DNA from: Squalus acanthias
Lineage: Eukaryota
Direction of reading: 5' to 3'
Assembly: GCA_030390025.1 (NCBI GenBank)
Contig: CM059432.1
Location: 11,718,001-11,782,000 of the forward strand
Length of the DNA: 64,000 bases
Both the position numbers and the translations under genes were made by a program. The notes below the pieces were generated by a model that was given only the letters and a program-made list of their open reading frames with translations, was not told the origin of the DNA and did not search any database. Every line of letters starts with the position of its first letter. Within the stretch, counting starts at the first letter, position 1. Positions 1-12,377 of this stretch are shown one piece after another.

Positions 1-722
1 CACTAATGTCCTTTAGGGAAGGAAATCTGCCGTCCTTACCCGGTCTGGCCTATATGTGACTCCAGACCCACAGCAATGTGGTTGACTCCTAACTGCCCTC
101 TGAAATGGCCCAGCGAGTCACTCAGTTGTACCAAACCGCTGCAATGAAGGCAGACTGCAGTGTTTCAAGAAGGCGGCTCACCACCACCTTCTCAAGGGCA
201 ATTAGGGATGGGCAATAAATGCTGGCCTTGCCAGCGACACCCACATCCCATGAATGAATGAATAAAAAAAAAACTTGTATTACGCGGTCATATAGTTAGA
301 TATTACGGGCACACTCCTGAATGTAAGAATATGAGACCACTTACAGGAGTGACTAGCACCATTGTACCTGAGAGAATATCTAAGGCGAGACCCTACTATT
401 GTGACATTGTGCTATACACCATTTCAATTCAACTACTTCCATAGAATGAGCATCATTACAAGAGTTTGTGGTCTTTCATGTTATGCATTTGCTTGCGTGT
501 AGTGATTGATTGGGCAGCTAACGAGTACTAACGCTTGTTGGAAAATGGTTGGTTGTGTTTCTGCAGTGATTTGACTGGGGCCGTTTTTCGCTGCTATCCA
601 GTCCTGCTCAAGTCGCGCAGGAAGGAATTGCACATGCTCTGTTTTAGTTGAAGACCAGAAAGCGCGTGTGTCAGCTGGAGCAGTAGTAGAGAGTCCTTCA
701 TTAGGATTAGCCAGGTCTCAGA

Positions 723-980
723 TGACCGAGATGAGGAGAAATTTCTTCACTCAGAGGGTTGCGAGTTTTTGGAATTCTCTACCCCAGAGGGCAGTGGATG
801 CTCAGTCGTTGAGTATATTCAAGACTGAGATCGATAGATTCTTGGGCACTAAGGGAATCAAGGGATATGGGGATCGGGCAGGAAAGTGGAGTAGATGTAG
901 AAGATCAGCCACGATCTTATTGAATGGCAGGCTCGAAGGGCCTAATGGCCGACTCCTGCTCCTATTTCTTATGTTCTTAC
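723..980 (+). mobile_element. CR1 3' end; further short CR1 ends near 1345, 1975, 4420, 6905, 15200, 16850, 24840, 28478, 37475, 43848 and 55590
   Basis: EMRRNFFTQRV..WNSLP peptide and tail gaatggcc..ctcctgctcctatttcttatgttctt. Confidence 0.85.
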
Positions 981-1466
981 GTTCTCACGCAGGGCAGCAG
1001 GTGGAGGGCTACAATGTGCCTCGGTGCTGCGTGTCCAGTAAAAGGGGTGTAAATCAGCCAGGGTTCCACTTCCTGCTTGCTCTGCAGTAGCACCTGCTGG
1101 AAGCGCACGTGTATGGACATTGGTCGTGATGCCCTCTACGGTCCAACAGCCTGCTGAGGCTCACTGTCTATGTTCACACATGAAGAATGGCACTGGGTTG
1201 AGATATAGTAAGGGTGCGTGAAGCCGTACTTCAGTAAGAGTTGACGCTTTCAGGGTAGGAGGGGAGAAAATGGGCACAAGAATTGTCCGGGCCAATTTGG
1301 CTCCATTTATTCGCGCAACCGCGCAATGAAACAGGAGGGTTTCTGGTTGACTGATTGGATGGCTCTTTCAAAGAGCCGGCACGGGCACGATGGGCCGAAT
1401 GGTCTCCTCCTGCGCTGTATCGTTCTATGGTGCTCTGTCCTAATCTGTTATCTGATTGATTGGCAG

Positions 1467-1550
1467 AATCTGAAGAAGATGCAGGTACTGAACAAGGGTG
1501 TAAGCACTCAACCCAACATGGAGCTCGACGAACTCAATAACTTTGACTGG
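1467..1550 (+). CDS. SPIRE1: SPIRE1 exon, post-KIND linker and start of myosin-V globular-tail-binding motif (NLKKMQVLNKGVSTQPNMELDELNNFDW)
   Basis: cag| acceptor, |gtaag donor, 84 nt, phase 0-0. Resembles vertebrate SPIRE1 NLKKIQEM...LEELKNADW and joins the next exon in frame. Confidence 0.88.
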
Positions 1551-2759
1551 GTAAGATGCTGTGGTCAGTCGATCAGTGCCTCCTTTTTTATCATTAATAT
1601 TTTTAACAAAGCAAAATTTCGTATTGTACAGTCATCTGCAAAGTTCTGGTATCTGCGGGACCTTATAAGCACTCGAGCATTTCGCATATATCGGGATTGA
1701 ATTATAGTGTCAGAAAATCACCCCTTTCACCTGCCACTACTCGCCCAAACACCACACCCTACTGCGGACTCGCTCTCTGCCACTGGCTACAATATACTGA
1801 CATTGCCTCGCCCCCTTTAGTTCGGCCTTCACTCACCTGCCAAGAAGCAGCCTGAACCCCGCCTATACATAGCAGCGCCAAGTTGAACGCAGTCACTTAT
1901 ATAAGAGCAGAAAAGAGGGCAGAGCAGGTCAGTCGCCATCTGAAAGAAAAGAGAGAGGCCAGTGTTTCATGCCAGTCACTCGCCGCCTGAAAGGGTGGTA
2001 GAGGCAGAAACCCTCATCGCACTTAGTAATTGGATATGCACTTTTAAACTGCAGGGCTACGGGTCAAGAGCTGGAAAAGTGGGATTAGGCTGGATGGCTC
2101 TTTTTCGACCGGCACAGACACGCTGGCCTCCTTCCGTGCCGCAAATGTCTATGAGTCTATGAGCGAACCCTCATTAGCTGCCGACGCTTGGAGTGCTTGA
2201 TACCGCTCCTGGCCGACAGAAGGGGAAGTGGGGCGACGTTTCCCAGCGCTCGCCGCCCCTTTATCCTGATGAGCGTCGCTCACAGTGAACCGAGTCGAAC
2301 ACACCTATTTGTTCCTTGAAATTTGTCTGAACCCATTCATTATCATGCAGCTAAAAATGGGTCTGGGAAGCAAACCAAACCACTTGTAAACAGTGTTTAA
2401 TCCCGCACATGACACAATGGAGTAATAACTAAGTTTTTGTATGTCAACATCTGATAACTGAGCATCACAGTTAAATCAAAAAAACAAAGTCAGCAGCTTG
2501 ACTCGACTGGAGACTGTGTGCAGTGTGTAAGACGCTCTGATTGTCTGACAGTTTATAGAGTTCAGACCCGTGGAACAGACAACACAAAACCCAGTGAATC
2601 TGTGAAACGCCTTTTACTTAAAAATCAGCAAGCGGTTACAAGTAATTACCAGAATACAAACTGTGCTCAATTCATGTACTTATCACAAGCAAACATCTAA
2701 AATCATTTGAAATTAAAACACTAAAATCATTTGAAATAAAAACACTAAAGCAATAAAAA

Positions 2760-2886
2760 CGAAGGGTCATCGACCTGAAACGTTAACTCTATTTCTCTCT
2801 CCACGGATGCTGCCTGACCTGCTGAGTATTTCCAGCATTTTCTGTTTTTATTTCATGTTTCCAGCATCCACAGTATTTTGCTTTTG
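2760..2886 (+). mobile_element. Penelope (second family) 3' fragment
   Basis: Same sequence as 42200-42285, starting inside the hammerhead core. Confidence 0.75.
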
Positions 2887-3379
2887 AATCTAAAATCATT
2901 TACTTTAAGCAAAACCACATACATACTATTCACCAGTGAGAGGTCAATTCAACGATGAACTAGATGTATGACTAACTTTAACTGGCAACTGACCAGGTCA
3001 CCATCGACTATAGCCCCGAATGTCAGTGTCCAATAACACTTATACCCCAAAACTTGGCGACTCGCCCACAGCATTCGTGCTTCACACTGTGGGGAATGTT
3101 GTTTTTTTCTCTCTCTCTCTCTTCCTATCTGTTTTGATGCTTAGTTAACCAAAGCGTCAACCCAGCTTCTCCAGTCTCTTCACATAAATGAAGACCATCA
3201 TCCCCCACCCAAAAGATGGGACGATCCACCCAAATTGCCATCCTGCTCCCCCTTGATAGACAAGCCTTTTGTTAGGATCAGATAACTTTTTAACAAATTC
3301 TGTTTCATGTAACGTATGACTCGTTTGCAAAATTTTGCCATCCATTTTCTTCTTTCTTCCAACGTTCTTCTACCCTCTT

Positions 3380-3893
3380 AAAGAGTGTGATGGAATACTC
3401 TCCACTTGCCTGGATGAGTGCAGCTCCAACAACACTCAAGAAGCTCGACACCATCCAGGACAAAGCAGTCTGCTTGATCGGCACCCCATCCACCACCTTA
3501 AATATTCACTCCCTCCACCACCGGCCTACTGTGGCTGCAGTGTGTACCATCTACAAGATGCACTGCAGCAACTCGCCAAGGCTCCTTCGGCAGCACCTCC
3601 CAAACCCGCGACCTCTTCCACCTAGAAGGACAAGGGCAGCAGGCGCATGGGAACACCACCACCTCCAAGTCACACACCATCCTGACTTGGAAATATATCG
3701 GCCGTTCCTTCATCGTCGCTGGGTCAAAATCCTGGAACTCCCTACCTAACAGCACTGTGGGAGTACCTTCACCACACGGACTGCAGCGTTTCAAGAAGGC
3801 GGCTCACCCCCACCTTCTCAAGGGCAACTAGGGATGGGCAATAAATGCTGGCCTTGCCAGCGACGTCCACATCCCATGAACGAATAAAATAAA
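3380..3893 (+). mobile_element. Second LINE family 3' end (CR1-group, Zenon-like C-terminus)
   Basis: MEYSPLAW...DTIQDKA...HSLHHR C-terminal region of RT; ends AATAAA...aataaaa. Confidence 0.8.
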
Positions 3894-4124
3894 AGTAGAC
3901 TCTTGCCCCTGTCGAGAGTGAGCAACAGTCTGGCCCATCCCTCCAGATGCCGTGTCAGACGCTGCTTTTCTTTTCGCCTTTCTAATAGAGGCACAATTCT
4001 CGTTGGGTGCTGCTCCTCGGCGCCATTTCCAAAAACCGTATTTAAAACACCTTCTCCTTTCATTCTGAAGGGATCACGGAACGCGTGACTTCCAACTCTA
4101 AGAGCCCTTTGCTTTCACTTTCAG

Positions 4125-4289
4125 GCGTGCTTCTGGGTGCAAGTGATGAGAGATTTGCGGAATGGCGTGAAGCTGAAGAAGGTGCAAGAGAGACAATACA
4201 ACCCCCTTCCGATTGAGTACCAGCTCACTCCGTATGAAATGCTGATGGATGACATCCGATCGAGAAGGTACACCCTGCGGAAAGTCATG
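4125..4289 (+). CDS. SPIRE1: SPIRE1 exon, WH2-A and WH2-B ([55 protein letters not shown])
   Basis: tttcag| acceptor, |gtgagt donor, 165 nt. Almost identical to the recalled SPIRE1 WH2 region. Confidence 0.97.
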
Positions 4290-7200
4290 GTGAGTCATTG
4301 ATACCGAGCACCGCTTGGTCAAGAGGTGTATATGTGTGTGTGTGTGAGCAAATTCAGGGCCGTAGAGGGCCTCGATGTAAATATATTCGTGAGGCTCCCC
4401 CGCCTCCCTTCCACAGGCTTCTTGGGATGGAGGGATCTTAGCTACAAGGACAGGTTGGACAAGCTGGATTTGTTTTCATTAGAGCAAAGGAGGTTGCGGG
4501 GTGATTTGATAAGAGGTGTACAAGATTATGACAGGTTTGGATAGGCTAGACGGGGAAAGGCTGTTCCCACTAGTTGATGGTAGAAGGACTAGGGGGACAC
4601 AGATTTAAGGTTTTGGGCAAGAGATACAGGGGGGATGCGAGGAAGAACTTTTTTACGCAGCGAGCGGTGATGACCTGGAACTCACTGCCGACAGAAGTGG
4701 TGGAAGCAGAGACACTCAATGTTTTCAAGGGGAGACTGGATAGGCACTTGAGGGAAATAAACTTGCAGGGCTACGGGGATAGAGCGGGGGAATGGGACTG
4801 ACTGGATTGCTCTACAGAGAGCCGGCACAGACTCGATGGGCCGAATGGTCTCCTTCTGTGCCGTTATGACTCTATGACCTCCATAAAAGTGCGCGGTTAA
4901 AATGGCGGCGGGCAGGAGCGCAGCGGTAAGTTGGGCAGGTAGGGTTAAAATCTTTGGGCTTCTGATGTAGCAACACTTAACCAAGTTCGAATTTTTATTG
5001 GATAGGGAACGGAGAAGGGCCGTGAGATTTTGATTGCCTTGTCTAAATTTATAACATGTGCTGAATATCAGTGCTTTAGTTGAGGTGGTTTATTTCTCAG
5101 CTTACTACGCGTATCTACACCAGAAGTCACACAATTTCTCATGTGATGTAGGCATTCGCATACTCAATCACAGCAACCTCTAAAACGGTTCCCTCTCACA
5201 GCAGTGTTTTCTACCACCGACCATTGTTTAATCTGTGCTGCAGTCTCCACTTTCTGAGGGCTGCAGCTATTTACTTTAATAATCTAAACGGAAATGAAAA
5301 TTTGGATTGCTGTCTTAACAACGGCCAGCCCACTTCTGTGCCAATCGCATAGTCGCCACTTGGCTCCACCTCAGTACCGTAACTTCGTATCGTGAAACAG
5401 AGCTGGACTGAGTTCGGTGATTAAAAAAAGACTTGCATTTATATAGCGCCTTTCACGACCTCATGACGTCTCAAAGCGCTTTACAGCCGATGAAGTACTT
5501 TTTGGAGTGTAGTCACTGTTGTAATGTAGGAAACGCAGCAGCCAATTTGCGCGCAGCAAACTCCCACAAACAGCAATGTTATAATGACCGGATAATCTGT
5601 TTTTAGTGATGTTGGTTGAGGGATAAATATTGGCCAGGACACCGGGGATAACTCCCCTGCTCTTCAAAATAGTGCCGTGGGATCTCGTACGTCCACCTGA
5701 GAGAGCAGACGGGGGTCTCGGTTTAACGTCTCACGGTTAAGGCCAACGTGTTGTCTAATCCTGAGCAGTGTAGTAGGCCAGTAGAAAGAAGACGATAAGT
5801 CAGGGATGTGAAAAGGTCATTTGACGCAACAAAAATCGCTCCTCTGCTAAAAGAGCTGCGTTTTGAAAGCCCCAATGTCTTTGTCTCCACTATCTCACCT
5901 CGCAGATTGTTCCAAAACATTTATCACAGTTTCAGTAGAAGGGGACATTTTTTTGTATGTCGGTGTGAGTCAGTTTGCAATAGTTATGGACTGGTGTAAA
6001 TCTTGCTGGAATGGTAATGTGCCAATAGCACTCAATTGTCTGTGATCGTTAACTATTTGCATAAATATTCACAGCTCCTGGTGCAGGATTGGTCAGTGTT
6101 GAGAGACGAAAATTGCAGGCGATTAAAACTTACAGGGACACCGAGGATTAAAAGATGTTGGCAGAATGGGAGTAGATAAATTCTTGCAGCTTTTGGAAAT
6201 GCTCAAAAGCCTTCGAAATGTCCTGGCAGCCTCTGTCAAGCATGAGTCAGCAGGCAAGCGATAGATCAGCCCAGTCCACCAACACCCTGTTTGACGGCTA
6301 CTGAAGCAGAGGTGGTGCAGCACCTTGTCGTGAGAAGGGTGGCCACTTGTTTGCCACTTCACTGCACCATTCCGCAATGAGGCGGAGCCATGCTTGAGGC
6401 TGCAGCTGATCGGTTTTGGCACTGGCTGTACCAGTCCTTCGCTGCACAAAAATCTAGGCTGACACTCCCAGTGCAGTGCTGAGGGAGTGCTGCACTGTCG
6501 GAGGTGCTGTCTTTTGGATGAGACGTTAAACCGAGGCCCCGTCTGCTCTCTCAGGTGGTCGTAAAAGATCCCGCGGCACTATTTCGAAGAAGAGCGGGGG
6601 AGTTCTCCCCAGCGTCCTGGGGCCAATATTTATCCCTCAATCAACATCACTAAAAAAAAAACCAGATTATCTGGTCATGATCACATTGCTTTTGTGGGAG
6701 CTTGCTGTGCGTTAAATTGACTGCCGCAGTTTCTACATTACAACAGTGACTATAATTCGAAAAGCACTTCATTGGCTGTAAAGCGCTTTGGGACATCCTG
6801 AGGTCGTGAAAGGCGCTATACAAATGCAAGTCTTTTTTTTCTTCTTCTTTTGCATTGTAGCAGATCTGAATGCGTCTCTCTGCTGAGCCAGACCTGGATT
6901 TACAGTTTCATAGAATCATAGAATGGCACAGCACAGAAGGAGGCCATTCGGCCCATCGTGCCTGTGCCGGCTCTTTGGTAGAGCGATCCAGTTAATCCCA
7001 CTCTCCCCCCCTGCTCTTTCCCCGTAGCCCTGTAACTTTTTTTCCCTTCAAGTATTCTGGTTTGAATGTTCCTACTGAATCTGCTTCCACCGCCCTTTCA
7101 GGCAGCGCATTCCAGATCACAACAACTGGCGGCGTAAAAAAAAAGTTTCCTCCTGTTGCCTCTGGTTCTGTTGCCAATCACCTTAAACGTGTGTCCCGCG

Positions 7201-7332
7201 GTTACCCTGCCTTCTGCCACCGCAAGCAGTTTCTCCTTATTTCCGTTTCCTATGGTGGTTGTTATCCAGGTGTGCCGGGGCTGCAGGTTTTGGGTTGGTG
7301 GCAACTCGGCAAGTGCGGCTCGTTAGGGTGCA

Positions 7333-7561
7333 CTGGCGGTCGATCACTCTGGCGGCCGATCACTCTGGTGGCCGATCACTCTGGCGGTCGATCACTCTGG
7401 CGGTCGATCACTCTGGCGGCCGATCACTCTGGCGGCCGATCACTCTGGCGGCCGATCACTCTGGCGGCCGATCACTCTGGCGGTCGATCACTCTGGCGGC
7501 CGATCACTCTGGCGGCCGATCACTCTGGCGGCCGATCACTCTGGCGGTCGATCACTCTGGC
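7333..7561. repeat. 16-bp minisatellite, about 14 copies (ctggcggYcgatcact)
   Basis: Directly visible tandem array. Confidence 0.95.
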
Positions 7562-7744
7562 CTGCCTTCGTTCATACTGTACCGCTGAGAGCCTGTGGGC
7601 TGCTTCTGAGGAAATGTCCAACGTCCCAGTTAGTCAGGCAGTCACCTGTGTCGGCGGTGCCGTTGCGTCTGCTGTCCCAGTTCCCTTCGGGAATAGCAGC
7701 CTCCATTAAACATCAGCCGAAGTGAGGCATGTTTACCTTTACAA

Positions 7745-8222
7745 AAGAAAGACTTGCATTTATATAGCGCCTTTCACAACCTCAGGACGGCCCAAAGCGC
7801 TTTACAGCCAATGGAGTACATTTTTTGAAGTGTAGTCACTGTTGTAATGTGGGAAACACGGCAGCCAATTTGCGCACAGCAAGCTCCCACACACAGCAAT
7901 GTGATAATGACCAGATAATCTGTTTTAGTGATGTTGATTGAGAGATAAATATTGGCCCCAGAACACCGGGGATAACTCCCCTGCTCTTCTTCGAAATAGT
8001 GCCTTGGGATCTTTTACTTCCACCTGAGAGAGCAGACGGGGCCTCGGTTTAACGTCTCATCCGAAAGACGGCACCTCCGACAGTGCAGCACTCCCTCAGC
8101 GCTGCACTGGGAGTGTCAGCCTAGATTTCTGCACTCAAGTCTCTGGAGTGGGACTTGAACCCACAACCTTCTGACTCAGAGGCAAGGGTGCTGAGCCACA
8201 ACTGACACAGCTGACACAGCTG
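7745..8222 (-). mobile_element. tRNA-derived SINE, DeuSINE/SacSINE1-like; copies at about 5430(-), 6445(+), 24395(-), 25640(-), 39483(-), 42425(-), 50800(-), 52920(-), 53580(+), 55130(+), 58093(-)
   Basis: A-box (tggctcag) and B-box (ggttcaagtccc) head, conserved body, tail gtgaaaggcgctatataaatgcaagtcttt. Confidence 0.8.
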
Positions 8223-8454
8223 ATGTGGGCGTGTGAGTACCAACAAGTGAGCACACATCACCTCGCATGCCTGGCATCCCTCCATTGTTTCTTCTCATCT
8301 TCCTAACCCCTCAGATAGAGGGATTGCCATCGGGGAAACCCATTAGTGCCAGGAATGGTGCTGAGGGCAGTAAGCCACATTTTTAGAATTGGCACAAAGG
8401 TTCAGCGGAAAAACAAAAACAAACCAGAAATGGGCCAGAAATAGCCTAGAAACA

Positions 8455-8968
8455 CTTCAAGGGGCTCGGGGGAGCGCTATTTAAAGGCGGGCGCTTCCTG
8501 CCTTGTCGGCAAAATTTTTGGTTTTAACGCTGTCCTAAGGAGTTTTGGCCCTCAGCACCACTTTTGTGGTTCCTAAGTGCCGAGCTCTTTCCCTGGGCCT
8601 ATCCATTAGTGCTTCCAACACAATTGCTTTCGAGGTCTCTCCAGGCCGAGATTCCAGGCTGCAATGAGCAGGGAGTGGCTGGCCAGCAAGATGGCCCCTC
8701 CCCTTTAAGAACTGGACGGCGCCAGTCTGTCTGGCTTCCATGGTTACTGACATCGCCTGAGCTTCAGTAGCGTTCTGAGGTAGCGCCTCGCTCCCTGACG
8801 TTGGCGCCTTAAGAGAGGTGTGTAGCGCCTGATTTAGTGCTCAAATCACCTCCAGGGGGCGATAGAAGCGAATTTTGCAGTCGGAGGCGATAATTAGCGC
8901 CGGGCGCTAAACTGTGCGCCCGGCCGATATTAGCGCCCCAAAATGGGCGATACCCAAATTTTGCTCCT
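8455..8968 (+). mobile_element. Truncated, diverged relative of MITE family A (right half)
   Basis: Similar to 9570-10168 including the subterminal region; left end missing. Boundaries approximate. Confidence 0.7.
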
Positions 8969-9276
8969 TAATATTTCACAGACCTTGGGTGAGGATCTCC
9001 CTTAGTTGGCTCTGTTTCAGACTTTAGAGCTTGAATTTCACAAATCTTTGCTCATAGTTCATTACCTTCACAAAGGATTATATAGGATATACAGCACAGA
9101 AACAGGCCATTCGGCCCAACCAGTCCATGCGGCGTTAATGCTCCACTCGAGACTCGTCTAACTCTTATCAGCATAACCCTCTATTCCCTTCTCCCTCACA
9201 TGCTTATCTAACTTCCCCTTAAATGCTATTCGCCTCAACCACTCCCTGTGGTAGTGAGTTCCACGTTAGAGTCATA

Positions 9277-10168
9277 GGGGGAAAAATTCAGTTGGTTGCG
9301 CCTCCCGTTAGCGCCTTAAGAGGGCGCTAATGGGGTGCAAAAGAGTCTAGCGCCCGGGCGCGGCGATGTTTGCGCCGCTCGTGAAATTAACTAGACATTT
9401 TGCGACGACGCTAAACACTACCGCCACGATCTCCTGCGCCGGCAGATCGTGACGTCAGTCGAGTGCGCAACGCCCTGGTATCGCCCCGGAGCGGAAATTG
9501 AGTGGCGCCCCCTGCCTTACCGCCTGCCGCTAGCAACGACAGGTTGAGGGGAGCGTTTTGCAGTCAGGAAGGGACTGGGGGAGCGCTATTTAAAGGTGAC
9601 CGCTTCCTGCCTTTTATTGTTGGTGACATTTTAGAACCACGCATTCTGAGAGAAAGAGAGAGAGACTTCTGGAGAGATTCAACGCTGTGTGAAGGAGTTT
9701 TGGGTACTGAGCAGCACTTTGCAGGTTCATTTTGATTTGCCCTTCCTTGTAACGATTTAGAAGAGACTGTGGGGTCTGCACTCTGAGCTCTTTCCCTGGT
9801 ACTCTTCATTGTTCTTTCCAGCAGATTTGATGTGCAGGTCTCCAGGCCGAGATTCAAGGCTGCAATGAGCAGAATGTGGATGGAAAGCAAGATCAACCCT
9901 CTCCTTTAAAAACTGGCCCGCGCCATTGTGTGTGTGTTCCATTGCTGACTGACATCACATGAGCTTCGCCAGCGCTCTGAGGTAGCGCCTCGCTCCTCGG
10001 CCTTTGCGCCTTAAGACAGGTGTGAAGCGCCTGATTTAGCGCTCCAATCACCTCCAGGGGCGATAAAAGTCAAGTTTGCAGTCGGTGGCGATAATTAACG
10101 CCAGGCGCTAATCTTTGCGCCCGGACGATAATTGCGCCCCAAATGGGGCGATATTGAATTTCTCCCCC
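9277..10168 (+). mobile_element. GC-rich non-autonomous DNA transposon, family A (Harbinger/PIF-like MITE)
   Basis: TIR GGGGGA(A/G)AAATTCA; 3-bp TSD ATA; interrupts a CR1 tail. Confidence 0.85.
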
Positions 10169-10660
10169 ATAGAGTTATACAGCACAGAAAGAGGCCCTTC
10201 GGCCCATCGTGTCCGCGCCGGCCATCAAGCCCTGTCTATTTTAATCCCATTTTCCAGCACTTGGTCTGTAGCCTTGTATGCTATGGCGTTTCAAGTGCTC
10301 ATCTAAATGCTTCTTGAATGTTGTGAGGGTTCCTGCCTCTACCACCCTTTCAGGCAGTGAGTTCCAGATTCCAACCACCCTCTGGGTGAAAAAGCTTTTC
10401 CTCAAATCCCCTCTAAACCTCCTGCCCCTTACCTTGAAACTATGCCCCCTGGTTATTGACCCCTCTACTAAGGGGAAAGGTTCCTTTCTATCTACCCTAT
10501 CTATGCCCCTCATAATTTTGTACACCTCAATCAGGTCCCCCCTCAGCCTTCTCTGCTCTAAGGAAAACAACCCCAGCCTGCCCAGTCTCTCTTCATAGCT
10601 GAAGCGCTCCAGCCCAGGTAACATCCTGGTGAATCTCCTCTGCACCCTCTCCAATGCAAT
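10169..10660 (-). mobile_element. CR1 3' fragment
   Basis: 140-aa ORF2 C-terminus. Confidence 0.88.
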
Positions 10661-11300
10661 CACACTCTCTGGGTAAAGAAGTTTCTTCTGAATTCCCTAT
10701 TTGATTTCTTGGTGACGATCTTATATTGATGGCCTCTGCTTGTTTGTCTTCTTGCACCTTTTCCAAGGCATTCGGTTTTGTGGCATGATGGCCATAATTG
10801 AGACCAGTATTCCAGGTGTGGGCCATTGTTGCAGAGTGGAGTCGGGCACAGACCGAGACGGGACCCTCTAGAGTAAAGGGCAGTCACACGTGAAAGTCAC
10901 ATTGTCCAGATTGACCTGCCGCAGTCAGACTAAAGCCTATTGGAGGACGAATACATTTTCTAAAACAAGATTAATAGTAGCCTTCACTCGTGGTGAACCC
11001 CGACTGATAATATTGTCTCAATTTTGAAAAGAAAAACTTGTATATTCAGTCAACACATGATTTAAACAAGGCAAAAGGATGGATCTCAATAGTTTACTGA
11101 AAACGAAATCACTGGAAACACTCAGCAGGTCGGGCAGCATCTGTGGAGAGAGAAATGAGTTAACATAAGAATTAGGAGCAGGAGTCGGCCATACGGCACC
11201 TCGGGCCTGCTCCGCCATTCAATAAGATCATGGCTGATCTTCTACCTCAACTCCACTTTCCTGCCCGATCCCTATATTCCTTGACTCTCCTAGAGTCCAA

Positions 11301-11998
11301 GGGGGAAAAGTTGGGTTGCGTTGCGCCTCCCGGTAGCGCCCCGGGGCGCTAACAGGGGGCAAAGCACCTAGCGCCCGGGCGCGGCACCGCTAACACCTCC
11401 TGCGAAATTCAGTGGGAGGTTAGCGGTAGCCGGTAGCGCCCCACAGCGCTGCGCCTCCGGCGATGACATCATCAGCTTGCGCAGCACCCCGTTTGCGCCC
11501 CGGCCGCAGACTTCGCTCGCCCCCCCCCTGACCTATCGCCGGACACTATGTCCGACAGGGTCAGGGTGTCGTGTTTGCGGCCGCGGCGGCGCAAATTAAA
11601 GGGCAGGTGCCGGACGGCCATTTTTTTTGGGCCGCCTGCCAGCACCTGCCCCCTCGCGCCTCCTCCTGCGGGGTGCCGGCCGCGATCGGTCAGTTTTCAA
11701 ATTTCAAACTCTTTTGCCGGCATCCCGCTCCCCGGTGGTCCAGCAGGGCCCCGGTGCGCGCTACGCTAGGCCCCTCCCCTTTAATCAGGGGAGGGAGGCC
11801 TGCAGTACCGCGGCGCTACGTGCTGACGCGCGTGGCACTGCTGCACGTAGCGCCGTGATATTGAATGGTAGCGCCCCAAGAGGGAGGGGGAGCGCTTCCA
11901 GTAGCTCCCTGCCTCCTGCTTGGGGCGCTACCATTCACTTTCGGGCACGGGGGCGCTAACTTAGCGCCCCAAAGGGGGCTCAACCCAATTTTTCCCCC
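11301..11998 (+). mobile_element. GC-rich MITE family B
   Basis: TIR GGGGGAAAA(G/A)TTGGGTTG; TSD CAA; shares subterminal sequence with family A. Confidence 0.8.
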
Positions 11999-12000
11999 CA

Positions 12001-12270
12001 AATCTCTAACATCTTCCAGTCCTGATGAAAGGTCGCCTTTCGCCAGAACTGGAAGATGTTAGAGATTTCTAAGTTTATAAGCAAGTATAGAGCCAGGGAA
12101 AAGGGGAGGGGTGGGGCAGGAAAAGAACAAAAGGGAAAGGTCTGTGATAGGGTGGAAAGCAGGAGATTAAATGACAAAAGGGATGATGGTGCAAGGCAAA
12201 AGGGGGTGGTAATGGGACAAGTAAAGAAACAAAAGATGGGTCTAGAGGAGGTGTAAATGGCAACAGAAGA
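12001..12270 (-). mobile_element. Penelope (second family) fragment with a short fold-back at 12001-12067
   Basis: aatctctaacatcttccagt...actggaagatgttagagatt inverted pair; body similar to 41790-42000. Confidence 0.7.
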
Positions 12271-12377
12271 ACAGCAGAGGGGGAGGGAAGCCTGGAAAAT
12301 CTGGCAAATTACTAATGAGTTGGAGCCCCGTAACTGGTTTATTTTACAGTCGGTCACCAAGTCCTGATGTGTCTTCT

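Noticed and set aside
7333..7561. CRISPR-like array
   Set aside because: Head-to-tail repeats with no unique spacers, in a vertebrate intron.
7062..7709. 215-aa ORF
   Set aside because: A chance read-through of antisense CR1 and the 16-bp minisatellite.
8100..8222. tRNA genes at A/B-box sequences
   Set aside because: They are SINE heads continuous with the SINE body, and no full cloverleaf is evident.
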